In this document: positions 18,812 to 28,171 of the stretch, in pieces
How positions within the stretch are numbered: position 1 is the first letter of the stretch
How the letters are laid out: every line of letters begins with the position of its first letter
NCBI GenBank assembly: GCA_021788365.1
Contig: JAJYKS010000002.1
Coordinates: 96,521 to 160,520 of the forward strand
Length of the DNA: 64,000 bases
DNA from: a bacterium
GTDB taxonomy: Bacteria > Patescibacteriota > Microgenomatia > UBA1400 > UBA12108
Reading direction: 5' to 3'
The notes under the pieces: generated by a model
What the model was told of the DNA's origin: nothing
What the model saw: only the letters and a program-made list of their open reading frames with translations
Databases searched by the model: none
Position numbers and translations under genes: made by a program

Positions 18812-21072
18812 TGAAAAATAATCATTCAAAAAAATCTATTAAGACAGTTGAAATACCTATTCAAGGCATGACCTGCGTTGACTGTTCGTTTGATATTGAG
18901 GCTGCTATAAAAAAGGTACCAGGCGTGCAAACTGTTGAGGTACTCGTAAACTCCGAAAAGGCACACGTCCAATTCGATCCAACGAAAGCATCGATTGAGG
19001 ATATTCACTCTGCGATAGAAAATGCTGGCTATTGCACCCCGCTTTCTCTTCAACCAACAGTGCAACCAAAAAATCCATCGGATACTCAAATACCGTTGGG
19101 AAATTTTACTAATCGCATTTTAATACTATTTGGAATTGTGTTTGGAGTGGTTTTACTTGTTGTCGTGATGGGTGAAGTGCTTGGGATATTTGATCGTTAC
19201 ACAGAGCAAATACCATGGTTTGTCTGGCTTATTTTAGTGATTATCAGCGGGTATTCGATTTTTCGAGGAGTTATTCAAGCAACACTAAGAAAACAGATAA
19301 CCTCGCATACCCTCATGACGGTGGGGCTTATTGCAGCTGCAGTTGTTGGAGAATGGACTACAGCACTACTTATCGTTTTTTTCATGCGAGTTGCCGAGTA
19401 TGTTGAGAAATTTACTACTGAACGTGCCAGGCAAGCTCTGAAAAACCTTACCCGACTTGCTCCACTCACAGCTCGAATAGAAAAAAATGGAGAGGAACAA
19501 GAAGTCATGATTGGGGCAGTACAGAAAGACGATATTGTTATCGTCCGACCAGGAGAACGTATTCCCGTTGACGGTGTTGTTATCGATGGCCAAGCAACAG
19601 TAAATCAAGCAGCGATTACAGGTGAATCAATGCCGGCAGAAGTCGGTGTCGGAGCGAAAGTATATGCTGCAACAATAGCACAATTCGGGACGCTTCGCAT
19701 TCGCACCACTCTTATCGGTGAAGATACAACTTTTGGCAAAGTGATTAAATTGGTTGAGGAGGCAGAAACCCATCGAGCAGACGTACAACGAGTTGCGGAT
19801 AAGTTTTCCGCATACTATTTACCGGTTGTTGTCGTTGTAGCAACACTCACATTTGTATTTAGTCACAATCCTTTGGCGACCGCTGCCGTTTTAGTCGTTG
19901 CCTGTTCCTGTTCGTTTGCCATGGCTACCCCCATAGCCGTTTTAGCTTCAGTGGGAGCGGCTGCTAAGAGAGGCCTGCTTGTTAAAGGAGGAAAATACCT
20001 TGAAGAGCTCTCGCGTATTGATGTTTTATTGATTGATAAGACTGGGACTTTGACTTTAGGTCGTCCTACAATTTTAGACGTAGTTTCTTTGGGTAAAATG
20101 ACAGAGAGTGAAATTGTTAAACTGGCTGCTTCTGCAGAAAGGTATTCAGAGCATCCCTTAGCTGAAGCGGTACGAACTCTCGCACACAATCGAAATATTA
20201 CTTTGTCTCAACCAAGTGAGTTTGTGGCCATACCAGGAAAAGGAATTCGGACAAAAATCTCAGATAAATCAATTGCCGTGGGAAGCAAACGTCTCTTTAC
20301 AGACAGTATGTTAAACGATAAAAAAATCCATGAAATAATTTCCAAACTTGAAATACAGGGAAAGACATGTTTGATAGTTTCGCAAGATGATACTATTGTC
20401 GGAATATTAGCAGCTTCAGATACAACGAGAACTGAAGTGCCCAAAGCGATAGATGACCTTCGTGCACTGGGCATCAAAAAAATAGAGCTGTTGACTGGTG
20501 ACAATGAACGAGTCGCCGCTTCACTTGCAAATACTTTAAAAGTTGATTACCAGGCTGGTCTTCTCCCTGAAGACAAAATACGAATCGTAAAAGAATATCA
20601 GAAAAAAGGTCACACTGTTGCAATGATTGGTGATGGGGTAAACGATGCTCCCGCTCTTGCCCAAGCCAATGTCGGAATTGCCATGGGAGCAGCCGGCACT
20701 GATGTCGCAATTGAGGCAGCACATATTGCATTGATGCGCGATGATTGGGCGCTTATACCAGAGGTCATCCATATATCTCGCCGTACCATGTCTGTTGTTA
20801 AATTTAATATTGGATTCACTGTTGTGTACAACTTTATTGGTTTAGCGCTCGCATCAACTGGCATTTTACCTCCTGTGTTTGCAGCGGCTGCCCAAACACT
20901 GCCCGATTTAATTATTTTAGGAAATTCATCTCGTTTATTAAAAAGGAGTGTATTTACAAAAAATATTCCTATTAATAAAGTAAAATTTACTAACAGAAAT
21001 GAAAAAGGAGCTGAATGCGATCCAAATACCTGCGCATGCGGCTCAGTATCAATTGATCAGGTACACTCTTAA
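18811..21072 (+). CDS. Heavy-metal P1B-type ATPase with a non-canonical CSC transmembrane motif
   Basis: 753 aa. N-terminal HMA domain (GMTCVDCSFDIEAA). DKTGTLT phosphorylation site and GDGVNDAP motif. The TM6 motif reads VVACSCSFAMATP where CPC is expected. A Cys-rich C-terminal tail (CDPNTCACGS) is present. Confidence 0.85.
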   Translation: MKNNHSKKSIKTVEIPIQGMTCVDCSFDIEAAIKKVPGVQTVEVLVNSEKAHVQFDPTKASIEDIHSAIENAGYCTPLSLQPTVQPKNPSDTQIPLGNFTNRILILFGIVFGVVLLVVVMGEVLGIFDRYTEQIPWFVWLILVIISGYSIFRGVIQATLRKQITSHTLMTVGLIAAAVVGEWTTALLIVFFMRVAEYVEKFTTERARQALKNLTRLAPLTARIEKNGEEQEVMIGAVQKDDIVIVRPGERIPVDGVVIDGQATVNQAAITGESMPAEVGVGAKVYAATIAQFGTLRIRTTLIGEDTTFGKVIKLVEEAETHRADVQRVADKFSAYYLPVVVVVATLTFVFSHNPLATAAVLVVACSCSFAMATPIAVLASVGAAAKRGLLVKGGKYLEELSRIDVLLIDKTGTLTLGRPTILDVVSLGKMTESEIVKLAASAERYSEHPLAEAVRTLAHNRNITLSQPSEFVAIPGKGIRTKISDKSIAVGSKRLFTDSMLNDKKIHEIISKLEIQGKTCLIVSQDDTIVGILAASDTTRTEVPKAIDDLRALGIKKIELLTGDNERVAASLANTLKVDYQAGLLPEDKIRIVKEYQKKGHTVAMIGDGVNDAPALAQANVGIAMGAAGTDVAIEAAHIALMRDDWALIPEVIHISRRTMSVVKFNIGFTVVYNFIGLALASTGILPPVFAAAAQTLPDLIILGNSSRLLKRSVFTKNIPINKVKFTNRNEKGAECDPNTCACGSVSIDQVHS

Positions 21073-21077
21073 ATTAT

Positions 21078-21725
21078 ATGAGCAAAAAGAAACATAATCT
21101 TAGACAATCATCTTATGATCCGTCCATGGAGACAGTCATGCCTATGGAGAATCCGGTATCGAGTAAGAATAATCTGCAAGTCTTATTTCTTGCGCTTGGG
21201 ATCGGTATCGTTTTGATATTAATATTGGCAAATCGTTTACTAGACCTGAAAAATAATACAAGCAATGGATCAGTAAAGGCTGTAAGTACGATTCAAGGAG
21301 TAGGAGGTATAACATGGAGTGTTCCAACGATTGACGGAGGCACATATGATTTTGCAGAGCATAAGGGAAAGCCGACGGTTTTATTCCTAAGTTCTTCATG
21401 GTGTAAAGAATGTCGAGGTGAAGTGGCAAAATTAGCCCGTGTATACAACACATACAAAAATAAGGGGCTGGAGATTGTTGCTCTTGATATCTATCCTCAG
21501 GAGGGTCCAGAGCCGTGGAGACAGTTTAAGGATGATGGCGCGGGTGGCGAGACTGTAAATTATGTGTGGGCTATGGATACAAATAATCAGATTGCTCGTC
21601 TATTAAACGTTCAATATTTGGATACAAAAATATTTATAAACAGTCAAGGAAAAGAGGTAGCACGTACCCTTGGTATTCGCCCTTACGAAGAGATTGAAGC
21701 ACATGTTAAGGAGACGCTTCAATGA
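21078..21725 (+). CDS. Membrane-anchored thioredoxin-like (TlpA/ResA-like) thiol-disulfide oxidoreductase
   Basis: 215 aa with an N-terminal TM segment and a WCKEC CxxC motif in a thioredoxin-fold context. Confidence 0.65.
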   Translation: MSKKKHNLRQSSYDPSMETVMPMENPVSSKNNLQVLFLALGIGIVLILILANRLLDLKNNTSNGSVKAVSTIQGVGGITWSVPTIDGGTYDFAEHKGKPTVLFLSSSWCKECRGEVAKLARVYNTYKNKGLEIVALDIYPQEGPEPWRQFKDDGAGGETVNYVWAMDTNNQIARLLNVQYLDTKIFINSQGKEVARTLGIRPYEEIEAHVKETLQ

Positions 21726-22417
21726 ACAATCTCCCTCTAGCGTATGCATTCGGCGCCGGATTGCTGGCGACCTTAAATCCATGTTGTGTGGCAATGCTTC
21801 CATCCTTCCTCGCGTTTTATATCGGAGCCAATAACGAAGGCTACGAGCACATTCCACTACATAGTCGCCTAAAGAATGCAGTTATGACAGGAATCCTTGT
21901 CACATTAGGGTTCTTAACCATATATCTTGGTGGTGGCATCTTGGTAAGTCTAGGCTTACAAATGTTTATCAACTGGGTACCTCAACTTACGATCCTCATA
22001 GGGTCCATTTTAATGGTAATGGGCGGGACTATGCTCCTAGGGCACTCTCTTAAGGTTCATCTATTTCATCCACAATGGAGCGTAAAAAAAACGGGATTAT
22101 TGCCAATGTTTTTATATGGGGTAAGTTATGCAATTGCATCGTTATCGTGCACATTGCCAATGTTCTTGATTATCGTAGGCAGTACAGCCTCTGCTCCAGG
22201 ACCACTATCGACACTGCTTATGTTTCTGAGTTATGGGTTGGGAATCGCAGTTGTTCTTATTGGTATCACCTGCGCAACTATGCTCTTTCAGACTGCAGTA
22301 AATCGATGGCTGCACAGAATTCTTCCATATGTTCAGATAGTTAGCGGGTTGCTTCTGATTGGGGTGGGAGCGTATTTAATCTATTATCAATTACACTTTG
22401 CCTTTAGGTTGTTTTAA
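21722..22417 (+). CDS. CcdA/DsbD-family transmembrane electron transporter
   Basis: 231 aa multi-TM protein with an NPCCVAMLPSFLAFY signature. It is translationally coupled to the thioredoxin-like gene. Confidence 0.7.
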   Translation: MNNLPLAYAFGAGLLATLNPCCVAMLPSFLAFYIGANNEGYEHIPLHSRLKNAVMTGILVTLGFLTIYLGGGILVSLGLQMFINWVPQLTILIGSILMVMGGTMLLGHSLKVHLFHPQWSVKKTGLLPMFLYGVSYAIASLSCTLPMFLIIVGSTASAPGPLSTLLMFLSYGLGIAVVLIGITCATMLFQTAVNRWLHRILPYVQIVSGLLLIGVGAYLIYYQLHFAFRLF

Positions 22418-22419
22418 TA

Positions 22420-23139
22420 TCAATCCTCACCAGGAAACACATATTTTGATAGCATTGGTCGAGGCAGTTCAGACTCGGAACCAAAGGTCACCAGGATTTC
22501 ATCGTGCTGATTAAGGGGTAGTTGTCTTGGATCACCTTGATACTGTTTCCCATTAACAAAAACGGTTAGTTTATTAGTTTCATCAATAGTATAGCCACCA
22601 ATATTTTTTTCGGTGAAAAATACACCCCAGACATCAAAAAATAATCCGAGCGTTGGCTTAAAAGTAGTATCTGACGCTTCGACATGAATAATGCCTGTCG
22701 GATCATGTGTATGCGTAGGCAATTCCACTGTACTGGAAAGTCCAATTTGCGCAGGGACAACAATATTCTGGTTATGGATATAAATATCTAAATGGTCATG
22801 GTGGTGTAGATATGACGGGTCTGCAGGTGGTAAATGAAGCAAGGCTGTAAGTTCGGGCAACATATCTGCATTCGGTTTCCAAGTTGAGTTCTTAGTCAAA
22901 TCTAACGTTTGATGAGATAAACGGTTTTGCACAAAGTTCACATTGTTTACGCTGGTTGAAGTTTCAGATGCAGGCGGATAATTCTGTTGCGTTAAATTGT
23001 GTTGATTTGATTTAATCAAGAATAAAGCACTAGTAACAACTACAATTACGATAAGAGCAATCTTTATTATCCAATTACGTTGATTATTTTGTCTATTTAC
23101 GTACGTCGTCATATTAAATCTCTCCCGACACCTGAGCAT
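22420..23139 (-). CDS. His-rich secreted or membrane-anchored hypothetical protein
   Basis: 239 aa with an N-terminal TM segment and a His cluster (YLHHHDHLDIYIH, PTHTHDP), suggesting metal binding. Confidence 0.4.
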   Translation of the reverse strand: MLRCRERFNMTTYVNRQNNQRNWIIKIALIVIVVVTSALFLIKSNQHNLTQQNYPPASETSTSVNNVNFVQNRLSHQTLDLTKNSTWKPNADMLPELTALLHLPPADPSYLHHHDHLDIYIHNQNIVVPAQIGLSSTVELPTHTHDPTGIIHVEASDTTFKPTLGLFFDVWGVFFTEKNIGGYTIDETNKLTVFVNGKQYQGDPRQLPLNQHDEILVTFGSESELPRPMLSKYVFPGED

Positions 23140-23259
23140 TTTCTTCTCCTTTTTTTGTCAAATGTCGTAGTTCGTAATACATAATCTTTATTATAGTAAA
23201 TTATAACTAAAGATTCTTGCTTGTTCGTAACATAGACGAACACTGAATAAAGTTCCGGA

Positions 23260-23837
23260 AGGTGCCAATTTGGGTTTAGGGTTTGGCAGGCACTTGCTTT
23301 GGCTGCACTGCTATCAGAAGAAACAGTATTAGATCTAGAGTCAGACGCTGGTTTAAGTCTTTTTAGCTGCCTGCAAGGTAGGAAGTACAGGCAAAGTTAT
23401 CAGTGTTGGTAGTACTGAAGAAATGATTACAAATGCAAGGTAAATGCTGCCTCCGGTAAATTTACAAATGTTGAGTTTTGTCTTGGAGATACTGAAAATT
23501 TACCTACAGTAAGCGTAACCATCGATGCGATTATTTCTAATTATGTGATAAATTTAGCACCGAATAAGGATAAGGTCTTTGCTGACACTTACCGAGTATT
23601 AAAACCGGAGTCAGATTGATGATTTCCGACGTAGTGCTATCAAAAGTATTACCAGAAAATCTCAAAGAGGATAGTACATTGCGCACAGGATGTGTCAGCG
23701 GTGCTATCTTAAAAAATAACTATCTCAAAATACTAAATGAGGCCGGATTCAAAGACATCAGCATAACAAAGAAGGTACCGATGTTCATAGAGGAATATGC
23801 GTTAAGTATTTCATTTACAGCAATAAAACCAAAGTAA
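23260..23837 (+). pseudogene. Degraded second copy of arsM
   Basis: Nucleotide-level similarity to arsM 17640-18228, but with several stops and frameshifts. Only the last 73 codons (23616..23837) remain open and match the ArsM C-terminus (MISDVVLSK...ALSISFTA). Confidence 0.6.
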
Positions 23838-24030
23838 AGGTTAGTTGCACTATGAATAAATTTTTCTATGAATAATGCAAATTAGGATTTGAAGTCTAAG
23901 AAAATAATCTTGAATATTAAGATCAGCAATGTCTTCTCACCTGCCTAATTTGCAAATCTCGTTAGAGCTAATTTGTAAAAAATTTCATAATTTCACACCT
24001 CCTTTTGACTTCTTCCCGAAATTAATTGTT

Positions 24031-24165
24031 AGGAAGTATGACCATACTTCCCATACCTGGGAATCTTTCTAGCGGGGTGAAATTTTGCAATGGCAAACGA
24101 AGTGCAGTTTATTGAAGCGAAGCGGAAACCCTTGCAAAAAGAGGGGCAAGGCCCTTAAAAGAATC
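24031..24165. repeat. Copy B of the ~140-nt hairpin-rich element
   Basis: Aligns with copy A. Hairpin 1 is GGAAGTATG-AC-CATACTTCC, with a compensatory C:G to T:A change relative to copy A. The TTTTGCAATGG...CCCTTGCAAAA and AGGGG-CAAGG-CCCTT stems are conserved. The internal hairpin is deleted. Confidence 0.6.
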
Positions 24166-24176
24166 GCATTTGATAA

Positions 24177-25466
24177 CTATTTCTGTATAAAGGGAAACTG
24201 ATAATACGTTGCTTTGCTACCGAGCTGCCGCTCAATTCTCATAAGTCGATTATATTTTGCTACCCGTTCGCTTCGGGCGGGAGCGCCGGTTTTCATTTGT
24301 CCTATTCCCATTGCAACGGTAAAATCAGCTATAAATGTATCTTCCGTTTCTCCACTCCTATGGGAAACGACTGATGACATGCCGTTTTTCCGAGCAAGTA
24401 ACACTGCGTCAACCGTTTCTGTCAACGTGCCGATTTGATTCAGTTTGATGAGAACAGAGTTAGTCGTTTTACTATCTATGCCTTTTTGTAATAGTTTTAC
24501 GTTTGTCACATACAAATCATCGCCGACAATTTGTAATTTGTCCTCATACGACGAGGTAAATCTTTGAAATGCTTCCCAGTCATCCTCAGCAAATATATCT
24601 TCAAGGGAAATGATGGGATATTTTTTGGCAAGTTGTGTAAAAAATTCCGCTAGTTCATCACTGTTCACTGTTTTTCCTTCTTTACTGAGTTGGTATGTTC
24701 CATTTTTATAAAATTCAGATGCGGCAGGATCAATACCAAAACTAATATCTCTGCCAAGAATATAGTTTGCTTTTTCTATTGCCTCAGACAATAATTGAAA
24801 TGGCTCTTCATTTGATGTTACATTTGGAGCAAAACCACCCTCATCACCAACAGTTACACTGTAACCTTTTGTTTTTAGAATCTTTTTGAGACTTTGATAA
24901 ACCTCAGTATTCATGCGTACCGCCTCAACTATATTTTTTACTCCAATCGGAAACAGCATATATTCCTGAATATCGGTTGCCCAATTAGCGTGCTTACCAC
25001 CATTCATAACATTCATTTCTGGAATTGGCATGAGATATGTTCCCATAAAATCAGGATTAAATTTCGTAAGGTATTCGTAGAGTTCTTTTTTTTCAGTTGC
25101 CGCTTGTGCTCTGGCGGCACTCAGCGATACAGAAAGAATTGCATTGGTGCCAAGCTTTGCTTTATTTTCTGTACCATCCAAGTCAATTAACGTTTGATCA
25201 AGCTTCCGTTGATCCTGCGCATCTATACCTGAAACTGCATTGCTAATAATTGAATTCACATTGGCAACGGCGGACAGCACACCCTTTCCGTTATAACGAT
25301 TGATATCTCCATCACGAAGTTCAACGGCTTCGTGTTTTCCGGTAGAAGCGCCTGATGGTATAGCGGCCCAACCTGTTGATCCATCTTCAAGAATTGTTAC
25401 CGCTTCAATCGTCGGATTTCCCCGACTATCAAGAATTTCTTGTGCATTTACTGATCTAATTTTCAT
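24177..25466 (-). CDS. eno: Enolase (phosphopyruvate hydratase), island-borne copy
   Basis: 429 aa with a canonical N-terminus (IRSVNAQEILDSRGNPTIEAV) and the SHRSGETED motif. It is the last gene of the fluoride-riboswitch operon. Confidence 0.95.
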   Translation of the reverse strand: MKIRSVNAQEILDSRGNPTIEAVTILEDGSTGWAAIPSGASTGKHEAVELRDGDINRYNGKGVLSAVANVNSIISNAVSGIDAQDQRKLDQTLIDLDGTENKAKLGTNAILSVSLSAARAQAATEKKELYEYLTKFNPDFMGTYLMPIPEMNVMNGGKHANWATDIQEYMLFPIGVKNIVEAVRMNTEVYQSLKKILKTKGYSVTVGDEGGFAPNVTSNEEPFQLLSEAIEKANYILGRDISFGIDPAASEFYKNGTYQLSKEGKTVNSDELAEFFTQLAKKYPIISLEDIFAEDDWEAFQRFTSSYEDKLQIVGDDLYVTNVKLLQKGIDSKTTNSVLIKLNQIGTLTETVDAVLLARKNGMSSVVSHRSGETEDTFIADFTVAMGIGQMKTGAPARSERVAKYNRLMRIERQLGSKATYYQFPFIQK

Positions 25467-26656
25467 ACGCGAAAGTATCTCTTTCTATGATACATAACAA
25501 ATATGGCAAGTGCGAGTATTGCCATCACACTGCCATACAAAAACGTTGCAGATGGTTTTATTGTATTCCAGAGAATTCCGCCAATAAAAGAAGCCAAAAA
25601 TGTCCCGATTGCCGTAATCGTATAATACGCTCCAAAATATGTTCCGGATTCCTCAGGATGGATAAATTCGGCGATGTACGCCTTTGACACTCCGTCGGTC
25701 GCTGCAATATAGATGCCATATATAGGAAACAAAAACCAGAGTAATTGCGTCGTATGAATGATTCCAAAGGCGAAATATACGATTGCAAAGATCAGGAGAC
25801 CAAATAAATAGACTTTTTTCGGTCCCAAACGGTCCGATGTTTTTCCAAGCGGCGTGGAAAATGCCGTATACGATATGTTATAGAGCACATAGGCAAGAAC
25901 GACAAAGGTTGTTGTAAGTCCTAAGTTTTTTGCCTGTAGGAGAAGAAACGCATCGGAGCTGTTACCCGCCGAAAAAATAAAGCTGATTAGCAAAAAAAAT
26001 TTTAATTCCTTGGGTATAGTTCGCCAGGAAAAACGACTTAAACGGTACTGAGATGTAATGGTCGCCCGTTTTGTTTCACCAACAAAAAAGAATATGAGAA
26101 GTATAGCGATAACTGCAGGAATGAACGCGATAAAGAATGTCAGTCGGATATTTTCTTTGAATAGTGCTAAGAGAACTAGAGCCGCAAGTGGCCCAAATAC
26201 TGCACCTAGGCTATCAAACGCGCGATGGAATCCGAAAATGAATCCTCGGTTCGTGCGGTTGGTATTATCGAGAAGTAAACTATCTCGCGCTGCGGTCCGC
26301 ATGCCTTTGCCGAGACGGTCAATAAAGCGGGCAAAGAGGACAAGCGGCCACGTGTACGCAAGACCGATAAGCACCTTTGAAACCGCTCCTAGCGTATAGC
26401 CGCCTATTACAAATGGTTTCCGCTTATGAATTGAATCGGAATATACGCCAAATAAGAACTTCGTGATGCTTGCGGTTGCCTCGGCAATACCTTCGATCAA
26501 CCCAATGACTGGAATTGTCGTGTGAAGAACTGAGGTTAAGAAAATCGGGACTATCGGGTAAATCATTTCCGACGCCAGATCATTGAAAAAACTCACCAAA
26601 CCCAAAAAGAAGACTGTTCGTGGGATAGATGTCAGTTTTTTCGTTACTATGGACAT
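25463..26656 (-). CDS. MFS transporter
   Basis: 397 aa with 12 predicted TM segments and the MFS loop motif (RFIDRLGKGMRTAARD). Confidence 0.8.
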   Translation of the reverse strand: MSIVTKKLTSIPRTVFFLGLVSFFNDLASEMIYPIVPIFLTSVLHTTIPVIGLIEGIAEATASITKFLFGVYSDSIHKRKPFVIGGYTLGAVSKVLIGLAYTWPLVLFARFIDRLGKGMRTAARDSLLLDNTNRTNRGFIFGFHRAFDSLGAVFGPLAALVLLALFKENIRLTFFIAFIPAVIAILLIFFFVGETKRATITSQYRLSRFSWRTIPKELKFFLLISFIFSAGNSSDAFLLLQAKNLGLTTTFVVLAYVLYNISYTAFSTPLGKTSDRLGPKKVYLFGLLIFAIVYFAFGIIHTTQLLWFLFPIYGIYIAATDGVSKAYIAEFIHPEESGTYFGAYYTITAIGTFLASFIGGILWNTIKPSATFLYGSVMAILALAIFVMYHRKRYFRV

Positions 26657-26670
26657 GATTTTATTGTACG

Positions 26671-27195
26671 CTACTTACCCTCAGCGGCGAACCGTTTTTG
26701 CGCTTCATTGATAATCCTATATGCTTCCGTTTTATTAAGCCAACCTACAACTTCAACGTTTTTTTCTTCGAGATGTTTATACACTTCAAAGAAATGGACT
26801 ATTTCCTTTCTGTGATGTTCGTTTACGTCGTCAATCTCCTTGAGATACGATAGTTTTGGATCCCTATCAGCAACAGCAAGAATTTTCCAATCCTGACCGG
26901 CATTATCATTCATGTTCAACATTCCAATAGGTCGAACAGTTAAGATACAACCAGGGAATGTGGGTTCAGTTATAAGAACAAGCACATCTAAATGATCGCC
27001 GTCTTCTGAACGAGTTTGTGGAATAAAACCATAGTCTGTCGGATAAAAGACTGGTGAATGCAGGACTCGGTCAAGTCGAATTTCGTCAAAGTTTTCGTCG
27101 TACTCATATTTGTGATGCGATCCTCGAGGAATCTCAACGATAACAGTAATTATTTCCGGAGCTTTATCTCCGAGTGGAATTGTATGAAATGCCAT
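26671..27195 (-). CDS. ppa: Family I inorganic pyrophosphatase
   Basis: 174 aa with the motifs EIPRGS..KYE, DGDHLDVLV and the DNAGQDWK-type pattern of soluble PPases. Confidence 0.9.
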   Translation of the reverse strand: MAFHTIPLGDKAPEIITVIVEIPRGSHHKYEYDENFDEIRLDRVLHSPVFYPTDYGFIPQTRSEDGDHLDVLVLITEPTFPGCILTVRPIGMLNMNDNAGQDWKILAVADRDPKLSYLKEIDDVNEHHRKEIVHFFEVYKHLEEKNVEVVGWLNKTEAYRIINEAQKRFAAEGK

Positions 27196-27197
27196 AT

Positions 27198-27539
27198 TTA
27201 TCCTTTCTTCCCATATTGAATAATTTGAACTCGCTCTTGAGTTATTAATGTGCTCGCGGATATATCCCAGGTTGAATACACTTGTTTAAATTGCTCAATT
27301 TTTTCTTCCCTATCAACAACTTCGACTATAATTGGCTCATCAGAAGAAAGTTCTAGGATGTTTGCCGTATGGATTTTACTGGCTTTTCCATACCCCTCTA
27401 TGCCACGAAGAACAGTGACGCCAGCGAAATGATTTGTCCTAAGGTATTCGACAATATACATATATAACGTTTTCCCTTGATATTTATCTTTCTCACCCAT
27501 GTATATGCGAAGTAATAGTACTGTTGATTCTTGTTCCAT
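27198..27539 (-). CDS. DUF190-family protein (commonly fluoride-riboswitch associated)
   Basis: 113 aa with LLLRIYMGEKDKYQGKTLYMYIVEYLR...AGVTVLRGIEGYG, matching the DUF190 pattern usually found next to crcB. Confidence 0.7.
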   Translation of the reverse strand: MEQESTVLLLRIYMGEKDKYQGKTLYMYIVEYLRTNHFAGVTVLRGIEGYGKASKIHTANILELSSDEPIIVEVVDREEKIEQFKQVYSTWDISASTLITQERVQIIQYGKKG

Positions 27540-27541
27540 AG

Positions 27542-27919
27542 TTACTTAGTTATCAATATTGCCAAATTTCTGCTTAATCCAATTGCCAATAAGCATAACA
27601 GTATGTTTGCAGAGAGATTTATACCAAATAATAATACATCGTTCATCTCTGCAAGTCTTACAGACTCAAAAGCAAACGTTGACATAGTGGTATAAGCACC
27701 AATAAATCCAACGGTTATCATATTACGAATATCTGGATTGATATTTCTGCCATATAGCACCATATAGCTGATAAATCCGAGAAAAAAACTTCCTGTAACG
27801 TTCACGAATAAGGTGCCTATAGGAAATGACGGGAAAAGATTACCTATAAAGCGGGAAATAATAAATCTACTGATACTGCCAAAAAATCCACCAATTCCAA
27901 TATAGATAACTTGTTGCAT
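27542..27919 (-). CDS. crcB: Fluoride ion channel CrcB/Fluc
   Basis: 125 aa, 4 TM segments, with the characteristic N-terminus (IGIGGFFGSISRF...GTLFVNVTGSFFLG). Confidence 0.85.
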   Translation of the reverse strand: MQQVIYIGIGGFFGSISRFIISRFIGNLFPSFPIGTLFVNVTGSFFLGFISYMVLYGRNINPDIRNMITVGFIGAYTTMSTFAFESVRLAEMNDVLLFGINLSANILLCLLAIGLSRNLAILITK

Positions 27920-27920
27920 A

Positions 27921-27997
27921 AAAAAAAAGCTCCTACAAAAATATTTGTAGAAGCTATCAGCCTTTCGGCACTTATAGAGCGAGCTTCATCGCTTACG
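27921..27997 (-). ncRNA. Fluoride riboswitch (crcB motif) with an intrinsic-terminator expression platform
   Basis: The minus strand reads AGCGAUGAAGCUCGCU-CUAUAA-GUGCCGAAAGGC-UGAUAGCUUCUAC. This matches the fluoride aptamer architecture: GCGAUGRRGYUCGC P1, a GNRA-capped P3, the conserved GAUGnnUUCUAC-like 3' segment, and a GAAGCU/AGCUUC pseudoknot. It is followed by hairpin CUACAAA-UAUU-UUUGUAG and U8 immediately 5' of the crcB ATG. Confidence 0.7.
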
Positions 27998-28171
27998 TTG
28001 TATTATAGTTGTGAAAAATATTGTTTGCAAGGTGACTATTGTTTGGGTAAATATCAAAGATAGATTAGACCCAATACTGATCGTTGCCTCTCTGTTTCGT
28101 CACCATTCATGAAGCAAATACTCGCACAATAAAAACAGTAATCAGTTTCCTCAAAATTGGTCAAAACTATC

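Noticed and set aside
23616-23837. 73-aa ORF annotated as a standalone gene
   Set aside because: It is only the surviving open tail of the decayed arsM copy. The upstream 350 nt align to arsM but contain stops and frameshifts.
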